DNA from: Utricularia gibba
Taxonomy: Eukaryota > Plantae > Magnoliophyta
Direction: 5' to 3'
Assembly (NCBI GenBank): GCA_002189035.1
Contig: NEEC01000002.1
Span: forward strand, 2,852,001 to 2,916,000
DNA length: 64,000 nt
Each line of letters opens with the position of its first letter. Positions within the stretch are counted from its first letter, which is position 1. A model generated the notes under the pieces. That model saw only the letters and a list, made by a program, of their open reading frames with translations, ran no database searches and was not told the origin of the DNA. This document shows, piece by piece, positions 1-11,949 of this stretch. A program made the translations under genes and the position numbers.

Positions 1-1075
1 TACTTAACGACAATTGATTTTAAATATGTCATGTTTGGAATGAAAAACACACCTATGGTATAGAAGATAAACTATGTTGCTTTGGGCAGCCTTCCTAATC
101 ATCATTGTATTGGATGAGTACTACGGTAGGTAAACACACATTATCTTTAACAATTAATTTATGCATAAATAAAAGATTGATTTGAAAAAGATTGAAGTAT
201 AAAAATCTCCAAATATTTAATTATTATCATTTGTGAAAAAGTGAAAAATTAATTTGAAGTAAAAAAATGTATTTAGTGATATAAGTGAAAGGTATATTAC
301 TAGGTTTTTTTAAGTAAGCGCAAGTCCCGCCGATATTGTGTACGGCATCAAAGTGTGCTGGAGTAAAATATGATAGCCGTATGATGCGCTCCCTCAGTTA
401 ACACAGTCGTTTGCGAATATTGTACGGACGCCGACTTCTCGTAACTGGGCCTCGTGCTCAAAGTAATCGGCCCAAATGTCCATTTTTGTTATTATTTTTA
501 TTATTTTTAATGTTTTTTATAAACTTTTTGCTGAGTTTTCCTTTTATTAGAATATGGAGATTTATTTTTATAATAAAAAAGTATACTAGTATTTATTTAT
601 GTTTTTTTCATGCACAAGCGCGTGGGTGCCTGGGGACATTGGCCCTCTGTCCACGTGAAGCAAGCGGTTTCACAGAGCCAAGTGTCCGCTGGGCCATCAC
701 CTGTTTGACGAAACAGTTGAAAATCCCAAATACCACGTCGAGATCGAACCGCGACAGCGACCGATCGGCAACAGCCGCCGGGTAATCTCTTCTCCTTTAA
801 CCTCCAGATAACGTAATCGAATGGCGATTGACGCGTTCAGACGAGATTTCTACTCTTTACCACCGCAAGACATCCCACGCGCTGTGACGCGCTGCCAGTC
901 TCCTGTTTCTGCTCGCAAATTGTCAGTATTTTTTTTGCGATGGACTGTCCACCATTCGTTGCCTGGAACCTCGAAGACCTATTATATCTCCTGCTTAAAA
1001 GCCGTAGTTCTCCGAATCTGGTGTCTTCTACTCTTATCATTCGCTTTACTGAGAAATTTCGGGATTTGAGGAGAA

Positions 1076-3704
1076 ATGGGGAGGAGAAGGCTGGAAATTA
1101 AACGAATCGAGGAGAAAAGCGCTAGGCAAGTGACCTTCTCAAAGCGGAGAAATGGGTTGCTGAAGAAAGCCAGGGAACTCTCGATACTTTGCGCTGCTGA
1201 TGTAGGCGTAATCGTCTATTCCAGCACCGGGAAGCTGTATCAGTACAGCAGCGGCAACAGGTATACTTTGCTTTGTCGCAAGTTCACGTCCGTACATATG
1301 ATATGCTCCAATATGGATGTTTGTCAATAATCTGGGGTTCGCTTGTGTTATAATTTGCTTCTTCTGCATGCAGTTTCTTTGGTTTATTACATTAGCGCAT
1401 GAAGCAAATCGATTATGCTGCGGAATCGTTGTTCTTGATTATTATTTAGCATACAATCCATCATTTCTTTGCATTTCGTAGCAAGTTATTGAATTGTTGT
1501 TGCGTAGATACAGATACTTTAAGCAAGATGATAGTTTTCCAGATACTTTAAGCAAGATGATATCCTAGGCTACTGCTAAGCCAACGACCGCTTCTTTAAT
1601 AGGATTTCCCCTTGTCACCAATCATGGAAGGCACCCGTTGTAATCGCACATGAATAATGCAATAAAAATAAAATGAGAATCAGTCGGCTGGTAGCCACTG
1701 TTATTTGTCAGCATGAGAAAAGAATGAATTTGGGGTTTCATCCCCATGGAACTTGCGCTTGACTGATGATAAAAACCAGCCACCAAATACTTGTTGACAA
1801 TACCCGGAATTCCCGGGGGGCGGGGAGGGGGGTGGTGTTATTGATGATGATGTGCTGTGATTATTAATTGTTTGTAGTAATCGGTGTGTTGAAGGAACCT
1901 GTGGTCAATATGTACAGAAATGTTAGTTTGTGAGATCCACCATTGTGCAAGTGCTGTTCATCACTTTCATTCCACGACCACTCTCACCATCTTTGGCTTT
2001 GTTTTTCCTTTTTTAGGACTTCCATGTAGAAATCCTGCTTGGCTTTATGGTGTTCTTTAACTTTGTAGTTGTGCTTTCGTCTTGGGCTGCATAATGGATT
2101 GTGAGATAGAATCACAAAAAAAATTCGAAAAATTCATGCCACTGAAATCCATTTTTGAAAAAGAAGACCCTTCGTTTCTTCGTGATACAAAAAAAATTCA
2201 TATTGTCAACCATAGGGTATCATTTGGTCTTCTAATTATTTCATGCTAATGTATTTAGTTTACCCGCTCCCTCCCACCCTCCTCTTTCCACATGCAATTA
2301 CAGCTTTCAAACTTGATGTTGAATATTCTTGCAAGGATTCTCACTGAACTATTTGAACCTGATCCAGCTTGCCCAGAACCGTATGGCGGTATTACAATTA
2401 TGCTGAGTCTGGAAAAAGCCCCACCGATGGTGATTGTAAGGAGCAGGTAAAAAATGAATATTTACAATTTTAGTCTTCTTGTTCATTTCTACTTGTGTTA
2501 TCCGCAGAAAAAACCCTTCCTTATTCAACCTTCTTTTCTCCTTCTTTGCGGGAGTGGATGTATGATTAGTAGAGTTCCTTGTAGCTATCAGAATAGGAGG
2601 AGCATATCTTGAAATCATGGAGACTTACCTTCAAAGAAGACTAAGCTCTATATTGCATTTGTCTAATGGTGATCCATGACTCGTCTCCTATTTATGACAT
2701 ATATTAAAGAGAATATATCTGCTACTACGAAGAGTAAAAGAGAATAGATTTATTATTTTGGTTTATTTCCTATACATGGTTCATGTTATTTTGGTTTTCT
2801 TTCTGATTTCAGACAATATGAGAAAGTCTAATAGTCGTTTTTAGTGCTAAAAGCATGCTCGTGCTAGTACAATAATGATGGATTGCATTGGATAGAAAAA
2901 GCACGTGGAAGTTTTAAGATTATTTTAATAGGTCAATGTGGATTTTCCTGAACCAGCTAGGTTTTGAAAGCTTCTCTTCCTATTGCGTTTTCAGGCTGAT
3001 TGCTCCAAGTATTCAGAGTATATCACAAGCGAGGAGCTCCTTCAACGGGTGGAAAGGTACTCTCTTTTGTTACTTCCAAAATGAGAGGCTGTACATTAAA
3101 AAGTTTGCGTTTTGTACAGACAACTTGCGGAGCCCTGTGATGACAACGACAGCCTGGTCGACCTTGTTGTTCTTGAAAATCAGCTCGAAGTGGCATTATT
3201 CCAAATAAAAAATGCGAAGGTTCTCCCTGCAACACTGGGATCTATCTGGCTAGTTTCATAATGTGCACACTAGCATCTGCCTTTTAGCTTAGTCTCTGCA
3301 AAAAAATGTTTTTGGCTAATTCATTGTCAATGTTCGTGACCACAATATCACTTTTGTGCAGACCCATTTGCTCATCAAAACCATGTCAGGTCTGCGAGAG
3401 GAGGTAGGTAGCAAGCATTCCTTCCAGATGTTCTTTTCGACCTCTTGGGTGGAAATCCATTGCTCACTTCATTCCTTTTCTGGCAGGAGAAGTCGCTGAG
3501 AGAAGAAAAGAGCCTTCTTGAGAGCAACAAGGTGATCACTGCGTTGAAAATGACTGCAATAACAATCGTTTTTCTTGTGTAAGTGACTGGATAATCCAAT
3601 CCTTCTTGCAGATCGGCAAGAAGAAAGTGAAGCCGACGAACGGAAATCTAGATCTCAATGCGGCTCCTGATGACCAACCCGGTGACTATAATGGGAACCG
3701 GTGA
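1076..3704 (+). CDS. FLC-like MIKC-type MADS-box transcription factor, 7 exons (1076-1260, 2368-2446, 2995-3056, 3120-3219, 3362-3403, 3487-3531, 3612-3704), 201 aa
   Basis: MADS domain [39 protein letters not shown]. Hand-spliced GT-AG exons of 185/79/62/100/42/45/93 nt match typical MIKC exon sizes and stay in frame. K-box heptads ([23 protein letters not shown]). The FLC-clade call rests on recalled similarity. Confidence 0.88.
1511..1562. repeat. 23-bp direct repeat (cagatactttaagcaagatgata x2) in MADS intron 1
   Basis: Identical copies at 1511-1533 and 1540-1562. Confidence 0.9.
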
Positions 3705-5326
3705 TGGAGGACCCTTCCGTCTTTCCCCATATCAGGTAACTACGATTGCTGATGTGATTTTCTACTGTGGTGATTGGTGAATGGTGTTTTTACTGCCAGC
3801 TTTTCGTAAGCCCAGAATAAATCGTTCATGACACTTGACTACTTGAGCTAATTATCAATAGAATAATTACGTCAAAAATTCACACTGTGTTTATCTAATG
3901 ATAAAAGTAATATTTTTTTATTATACATTGTACATTTTGTCATCACAAAATTTATCTCCACAATTTCTTATGTGCATGTTTAATAATATAATAAATTTTG
4001 AAGATTTTATATTTTAAGTAGTAAATATCAAGCATATTAGATTTCTCTATCTAAAGTACCTATAGTATACACTGTTTCAATGTTTGATATAATCGATTTT
4101 CAAGTCAAGTTAGCGTGTTTCATTTTTACGTAAATTGTTTATAAACCCTAAATTGTTTGTAAGTGTTTTCAATTTTCATAAAATTCCAGCATGGAATATT
4201 ATCGATAATGCATTTTGAAATATGTGTTATAAAAATATAGAAGCGTTTTTTTGTCAGTCTTAACCATGAATTACATGTGCATGAATTATATATTTTACAG
4301 AAATGTATTGAGCATGTAAAAACGAGTAATGGTATAGTTCATGCATGAATGGCACTTGGAAACTTTTTGTGTCGAGTTATGCATTTATATTGATCTTCTC
4401 GAGATATGATCTTACAATTTACAGAATTATCGCTTGTGAATAACTAATATGGATGTTGCTTAATCTTAATTTCACATACAACAATCATTAGCCTCATGCA
4501 TTTTTTATGTTTTTGAGATCTCAAAATCACACAGTTCTTATTTTGGATTCATTCACTCAACAATTCTCTCCTACTACATTGACAACCATATTCAATGGTA
4601 ATTTTATTACGTATAGTATTAATGTGTGTTCATCTAATTTTATATAATGATTTGTCAGACACACATGTGTGATGTAGTTTGGTCATCCATATGTTCGATG
4701 TCTATGACCTTAGCCCTCTGTCGCATAATCTTCCCATTTTGTACCTCGATTTAATGTGCATATGTATCATTTGTAGGATATGTGAATAATATGTTATTTT
4801 ATACAGCAAGTTCCGTGACAATTTGGATCACACGAATATATGTACTCCATATTGTATTTTTTGTTAAGATTCATGCAACAAACTCTAGCTATCTACAAAC
4901 TTAGTGACTATCTGTATTTTGTAAGTTTAACACACACGTTTTATTTTCTTATCCTAAATTATTTTTAATATAAAATGAACTTGACATGGCTTACGTTAGA
5001 ATATGTCCAGAAGTTTGTCTTTGATGAAGTCATTTCACAACAAATATTGGACATCTCAATAGAGATGTCATTTTCAGCTCACGACTATGAGGAAGCTCCA
5101 AGAAAACGGCGACCATCTAGCAGATGTAGGTAAAAATGAAGAGTGTAACTTCTATTTTTTGCTATTATTATAATTTGTAATTATTTTATATTACGTATAC
5201 AAGAAAAATATTTTTTATTATGATTTATAAAATTTCATGTACTATAATACATTATTTTTTATTACTCAAAAGAATACTTTAAAATTTGAATTATGTTCAT
5301 AAATTGAGCATTTGCATAGATTCAAT

Positions 5327-6719
5327 TAGAGGTGAGTACAGTTACAGGTCAACCCATTAACCCAATGGATTAACCCGTCGTTGACTCGACTCGTGACTCA
5401 TACTTATGTATAACGGGCACGAGTCGGGTCATGGTTTGATGGGTACGGGTCAATCAGATGGATTAAGGGTTTTAAAAACCCTAATTTTTGTTATTTTCAT
5501 TATTCGTTCTTCAACAATACATTTCTTTCATTTCTATTGTACTAAGAACGTTACAATCCTTCATCTTTACTATACTTTTTGTTTACTTTATATGTTTTTT
5601 CAATAGATCTAAAGTTTTTGTTCTTCATGAGAGGTTTTATAGTTGTTTTTTTCTATAATTGTTCATTTCATCTATTGCATTGTGTTGGTAAGTTTTTTCT
5701 ATAAAATTTTCAAGTTTTATTTTCGTATTCCTATCAATTCTTTCAACAAACTCATTTCTATTTTCTCCGTTTGAAGTTATCGTCTTTGCTGTTGTTTTTT
5801 AGTATAATGAATTAGATTGCTGCTACTTTTTAGATATAGTGAATTATATTGATATTAATTAGCATAATTTTTATTTTCTTCAATTAAATTGATGCTGATT
5901 TTTCATTAAAGTAAGATTCATGATTAGTCAACTACGTTTGATGTTTTTTTAATGATTTTTATCATTTAATATTCCTTGGTATTTGAGTCATCTTATATTA
6001 GAGATTAATTTGAGCAATAACATCATTTGAAAAATGGCAATTACTATTGATTCATATTATATTTTATTTTTGTTTTGTAGATGGATGATTCATCTATTCC
6101 TTCAATATCTCAAAAGAATTAATTTTGGTAGGAATCCAATGACGAAATACGTTACTTTTACCAAAAAAAAAATATTATTATTGTGTTTTGTTTGACTCAT
6201 ATGATTGTTTTTTATTTTAATTTTTTTAATTTTTTAAAAGTTAGAACCAACACCTACATATTTTAGAATTTCGTAAAAGTTTCACAAAAAATGATATAGA
6301 ATAATTTCATATTAAAACCACTTCTAAAATAATTAATTTAATAAAAGTTCAATATATAAATATGGGTCATGCAAACAACACCTCATATTTGAAAATTTCG
6401 TAAGATTTTCACAAAAAATGATATAGAATAATTTTATATTAACGTCATTTTTTAAATAAGTAATTTAATAGGAGTCATGGACATGGATTATGCACCATAA
6501 GCATAACCCACACGTGTTTAAAAAATATATAAACATGAGTTGAACATATTATATTCATAGTTTAATTGATAATATTTTTATTTTTGAAACATGATGGTCA
6601 ATGGTTTAATTCGTATTAATGACATATATTGATAAACACCCTGGTCAACCCATACCCGGGTAGAGTTAAGGATCAACCCATGATCCATAGACCGGGTCGG
6701 ACCCATGTGCCCATCTCTA
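5327..6719. mobile_element. Non-autonomous hAT element
   Basis: Imperfect TIRs TAGAGGTGAGTAC / GTGCCCATCTCTA; perfect 8-bp TSD GATTCAAT (5319-5326, 6720-6727); subterminal AACCC/GACTCG-type repeats; AT-rich interior with no transposase ORF. Confidence 0.9.
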
Positions 6720-6757
6720 GATTCAATTATGTGGATTTGGTGGGTCAGTTGGAGGGG

Positions 6758-9700
6758 TGTTGCATGTTGTTTTCTCAACAAATTTTAAATATATAAAACG
6801 TAAAACACAAAAGAGTGTAATAGGAGTATCGATCTTAGGGAATTGAGTTTTGCGAAAAGTGTTTTGTAGAAAACTTTCACAAATTGTCACGGATTTGTAA
6901 AAGGGATTTTGAAGTAGGAGAATAAAAGATACAACCTAAGTAATGGACCTTGACTAAAAATTGCAGTTTTTGGAAATGACATTCCGCTTCCTTCTTTTGT
7001 CTATCCTCGCCTCGGTTTCCGTTGATTCCTTCCGAAGAGCTGGTTATAAGAGCAAGGAATAGTCTACTCTCCCTTACACTCTGATTGACAAGGAGGCACG
7101 AGAATAGCCTCATGTGATTCCCCTTTGGATGATTAAGAAGACAAGAGGATTGTCGTCGATTGCCTTCAAAACCGAATTGTGCACGAGTGCCCAATTGTTG
7201 CCAATGACCAGTGGCGAGTACGAGGTCATTACTCGTCCACTGTCGCGGTACTTCGGCTAAAATAATTTGCTACTTCCCTCAAACTGGTAGGGTTGGAGTT
7301 GATGCTTTTCACCTTAATCTTCATCAAGACCCGCGAGGAGTAACCTGCTACTTATGGATCGTGACTAAGAGTCATTATAGAAAGACCGCAACAAAACGTG
7401 TGGAAGTATGCAAAATCCGAATGAATTTAATGAAGAACCGAATTTAGTGCTCAACACTTGAAAGGAAACTTCATTTACTTTCAGAAACTAAAAAGATTTA
7501 GCTACAAAGGGTCATGAAAACAGAAACGAAAATGAAAGCTAAGTGTTCTTCCTCCTTAGAGGAGATGAAAAACTCAAAAGTTTTAAGTTTTCAAAGAAAA
7601 TGTCAAAAGTCTGAATATAAGTATTCTAATTTGATTTTAAATCACTCCCCACGTGCATTAACTACTTTTGGTCCTCTTCTTATTATTCCTTCTGTGTTGC
7701 GTGCGCCATTAGCTTTCTCCTGCGTGCAATTTAGTCCCCAATCATTACTGTAGACTCAGACATGTCATAAGTTAGGAGTCTTGACCAGTGTCAGTCTCCT
7801 GCCCATAATTGTTTCAAGTCACATGCAAGGTACAAAAAGTCAGTGTATGACCTCCTGCAAACATCCTGCAACAATCCACACTACCTGCTAACATATTTTG
7901 ATCAAAGTACACTAAAAAGATAAGAAAATATATACAAAATAAAAAATAAATTTTTCTAAGGAAATAGAATATTTATCAATATAAATCCTAAATTGAGTGA
8001 CTTAAGACTACATTAACACATAATAAGACATAATAATAACTAGAATATGATATTTAACATATTCCTCCATACTTGAATTATGCTTGTCCTTAAGTATGAA
8101 AATCCACGAAAAAAGGCAGAACCTAAATCATGATACATTACTAAGGCACATTCATCCTACAGCAGTCATTCACTCTAATTATTTTCCTATACTTCAATCA
8201 AATTAAGGTATGCATTCAAGTTTGCATGCATCATATAAAGACTTAACCAATGACTACTTATGTACTAACATTATCAAAGTAAATAAAAGCAACAACAAAC
8301 ACACACTATAGTGACTAAAGGCCTCTTCTTTTCTCTTTTCTCCTTTTTTTTTTTTTTTTTCAAAAAGAGGTCCCCCATTTGAGGAAGAATGTTTGGATTA
8401 CGAAACCTCATGTGTGGTGGTTACCACGGTTTCGCGAAACATCCTTACCTTTGGCACCTCTAATATCTTTATCTCTCTCCTTTTTTTTTTTTGAAAACTT
8501 TTTCGGTCCAATCACTATAGGAGTAGCAAAACATTTATTCACAAACTGATATATACAAGGAACGAGAATATTTTCATAGTCATGGTATGGTCTTTCCTAA
8601 AACATGCAATAAAGTTTTGATATCTAAAAATAAAAATAATTGAAGTAATTTCCTCCTAACAACAAGGAATTCATGAACCTAAGCATGATCAATCTTAAAA
8701 ATTCTAGCCTTACTCATGAAAGCAAATGTACTTGAGATGCATAGTGGGGAGTTTTTCACAAACAAAAACAAAAGAAAAACAAAACATGAAGTATGAAAGA
8801 AAAAAAATTCAACATAATAGCACATAAGTCCTAATGCCCAGAAAATACTAGCAAATAAAAAGAAACGTAAACTCTTCCCTCACACTTAATTTTGAGGATT
8901 TCCTCATCATCAAGTGCATCGGAGGGTATCTTAGTCATGGGGCATTCTGGAGTGTGAAGCAGTAGCCATAAAAGTGTCCAGTTTCGTGGAAAGAACAGAA
9001 ACGTGTTCGTGGAGACTCTAAATAGCTAGCAAGTGGGTGTGTTTGGTGGGGCTTGATGGGAAAGTGCTCCATGGGATGTCTGTTGACACACCATAGAGAT
9101 TCACAATTGAGGGAGGCATGGATGTGATGGTACTCTTGGTTACTGCTTGCACAAAAACAGCCTTTCCTTCAACCTCCTTCAGGTAGTTGCAAGAGAATAG
9201 GTCATTCGGATCGAGATAATGGAAATGGTTATCTACTTGAGGGGTTTGTTTGCCCAAGTTAACTTTCAAGTGTTGGGCAAGCTTGGTGATGAGAGAAGCA
9301 AAGGGGAGCACCCTCTCATTTTTGGCGGGGATGGAGTGCATTTGAGTTGCAATCCATCATTCCAAATTAATGGGGAGCTTCTTCATTATCGCCCACAGAA
9401 AGAACACTATAACCTTGGTAATGATGCTGACGCCCTGGTGGGTTGCACTGTAACAGCCTCCCAAATACCTATTCAAAACTAAAAGAGCAGGAGCACTCAA
9501 GCAATTGGCGTTGAGTTTGCATACAGAATATGGGGGATCATAGACATATATGGATGCATACGCATTCAGCACATTAAAATGTTCAACATAGTCACAAAAT
9601 ACTTGGAGGTAACAAGTAGTGGTTAAATTAAATTCAGAAACAAAGCCTAAGACCACATTAAAATCATTGATAGACATACAAAAATTTTATCACCAAGGCA

Positions 9701-10430
9701 AAAGGAAATGAGTTCCTCAGTAAGAGGATTTTCAGCCACATCCTCAAACACAAAAGTTGTATAAAATTCAAACACAAGTTTGAGATAAACCGACAAGCTA
9801 ATTTCAGAAAATCTACGCCATTTAGAGGAAGTATCAAATAAATGATTAATATCAGTCAACAAGTTCAAATGCACTAAAGTAGGCGTATGCAATTTAAAAT
9901 CAAACAAAATTCTGCCCAAGGTTAGGAGATTAAATAAGAGTTGAGCATTTTTATTTGAAAATCTCATAGTGTTTGTCAGCTGAGTGCAAGTAGGGGACTC
10001 CAAGGCTCGGTCTCGCCAGCATTTTGTGCAACCGCACTGCCCTTTACCTCGTGACGTGGGTTGAAATGCTTTATCAACATTTTATTCTTTGGAAAAGAAC
10101 TCTAGACATGACCCTTCCATAGTGGCACACTCTATTTCAGAAATCTAGAGATCCACCTCTTCATCGATGGTGATCTCTTCATGCTCCTCTTCTTCCTATA
10201 TTGGAGAAGGGGATGAATGTAAAATAGGAATTTCAGCTTCCTTACCTTCTTCTCCAGCAATTTCCTCCGGTTGTGTGGGCTACGGGCTCTCAAGAGCAGA
10301 AATTGTTGCTGTGGAATTTGGAAGGCAATTTCCTTACCTTCACGTCAATCATAACAAGTCAAACAAAATTTACATTTCATGGATGTAAATAAAGAAACTA
10401 AACACGATTTTCCTCACAGTGAATTCTTTT
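6758..10430 (-). mobile_element. Athila-type Ty3/gypsy LTR retrotransposon, 3' part only (3' LTR ~6758-8059, PPT ~8060-8075, degenerate env-like ORF)
   Basis: TG...CA-bounded ~1.3 kb segment followed (element sense) by a purine tract GGAGGAATA abutting TG. Athila-like cttgtcc(t)taag motif at ~8094-8104. Broken minus-strand ORFs 9018-10003 (SKWRRFSEISLSVYLKLVFEFYTTF) resemble the Athila env-like/plant transposon protein. No gag-pol or 5' LTR seen; right boundary approximate. Confidence 0.65.
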
Positions 10431-10800
10431 TTTGATATTCAAACATCTTTTCTTCTAGTTATTGGAATAAACTTAGGTTGCAAACTATTCACATAAAAGT
10501 GCCTCATGAAAAGGTTTTCTACTTCCATAAATGGTTTTTCACTTGCAATTAAAATAAGCACATATTTCATTTGGCATGAAGTAATATCAAAATAAAAAGT
10601 GAAAGTAAGATTACATCCTACTACATTTAACTTTGATTATCTTAATAAATTAACCTTATCAAGATGTTTATTTGTAATATGTCTCAAGTAATTAGTAGTT
10701 CCATTGACATTTTTATCCTGATATGATTGATCATAATAACTAAATATTACCTATTGAATAGCTTTCTTATGTGTGAAATGATCTTATCAAGCAATTGATT
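10430..10800 (-). pseudogene. hAT transposase N-terminal remnant (BED zinc finger and following helix)
   Basis: Minus-strand translations GTTNYLRHITNKH (BED-finger tail) and LIASEKPFMEVENLFMRHFYVNSLQPKFIPITRR (like hAT LPFSFVE...LQPxF.ipSR); stops and frameshifts present. Confidence 0.7.
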
Positions 10801-11001
10801 GTTTTTTTGAAGATGTTGAATTTGAAATATCACCAACATCAATTGGGATCAACCATTGACCCATCAATTCAAACTCTAATTTTTAATAAAGAAATTCCAA
10901 AAAATCAAATGAACCTTAAAATAGGTCCAACTCATCGAGTCGATCCTAACTCGTGTTTCTCACTCGACCTTGACTCATTTTCCATGAGTTCGAGTCGCAA
11001 G

Positions 11002-11594
11002 TAGACTTGGGCATGGGTATGGGTCAACTCGGGTTAGCTGCGAGTCAACCCGTATGGAATGGGTACAAGTTACTCGTAATCATGAAAAACAAGTACAAGT
11101 CGAGTCGATGATTTTCAACTCGGTAAATTATTCGAATAACTCGTGAAAAAATGATTGATTTATAATCTAAATTATTCATTTTTTAATTTAAATTTTATAT
11201 TTTTTTATTTAATATTAATAATTTGATATTAATTAATTCCGTCTATATTATATACTGCCAATCTCAAATATCGTAAGGAGGAAGAAAAAACTTTATTACA
11301 TTTTTTGAAATCGAATATTTAATCATTAAATAGATCATATACATATAAAAATATTACTATATAACAAAAAAAGTAAATAAAAAATAGAATAATTAATTAC
11401 AAAACAAAATAAAATACAGGTTGATGAGTCCATACTTGAGTCAACTCGACGAATCGACAGGTAACAAGTCAACTCGAGTACAATACGAGTTGGAGATCAA
11501 AACCCATCAACTTGTCGACTTGTGAACCCGTAATAGAGCCATGACTCGCAAGTCCGACTCGTTACTCGTCAAGTTGCGACCGTGTCCAACTCTA
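11002..11594. mobile_element. hAT-derived MITE
   Basis: TIRs TAGACTTGGGCATGG vs reverse complement TAGAGTTGGACACGG (12/15); dense GAGTC/GACTCG subterminal motifs; flanks gtcgcaag/gtcatgag only a 5/8 match. Confidence 0.6.
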
Positions 11595-11949
11595 GTCATG
11601 AGTTCGATCCTAGACAGGTTGGCCCGCATGATTCATGAGTTGACCCTAATTCATGTTTAAATTTGAAACTCAAAGCTATCACCAGTGGTGTGTCTTCAGG
11701 GTGTTTTAGGGCATTCACATTGATGCCCGCATAATGTATAATCTATCTTATAATTTTATTTTTATTTTATTATTATTTAAAATAAAAATAATATTAAATA
11801 ATTTCTTTTATAATATTTATTAATTTTATATTAATTTACACAATTAATCAAATACAATAATAAATTTTATTTAAAAATAAAATAAAATTATTATTTAGAA
11901 ATTACATAATACATCACATCTAAAATTATGTAAATTTATTTCAAATATG

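Noticed and set aside
4300-5320. Possible degenerate MuDR/other transposase downstream of the MADS gene
   Set aside because: Only vague motif echoes; no fragment long enough to support a call
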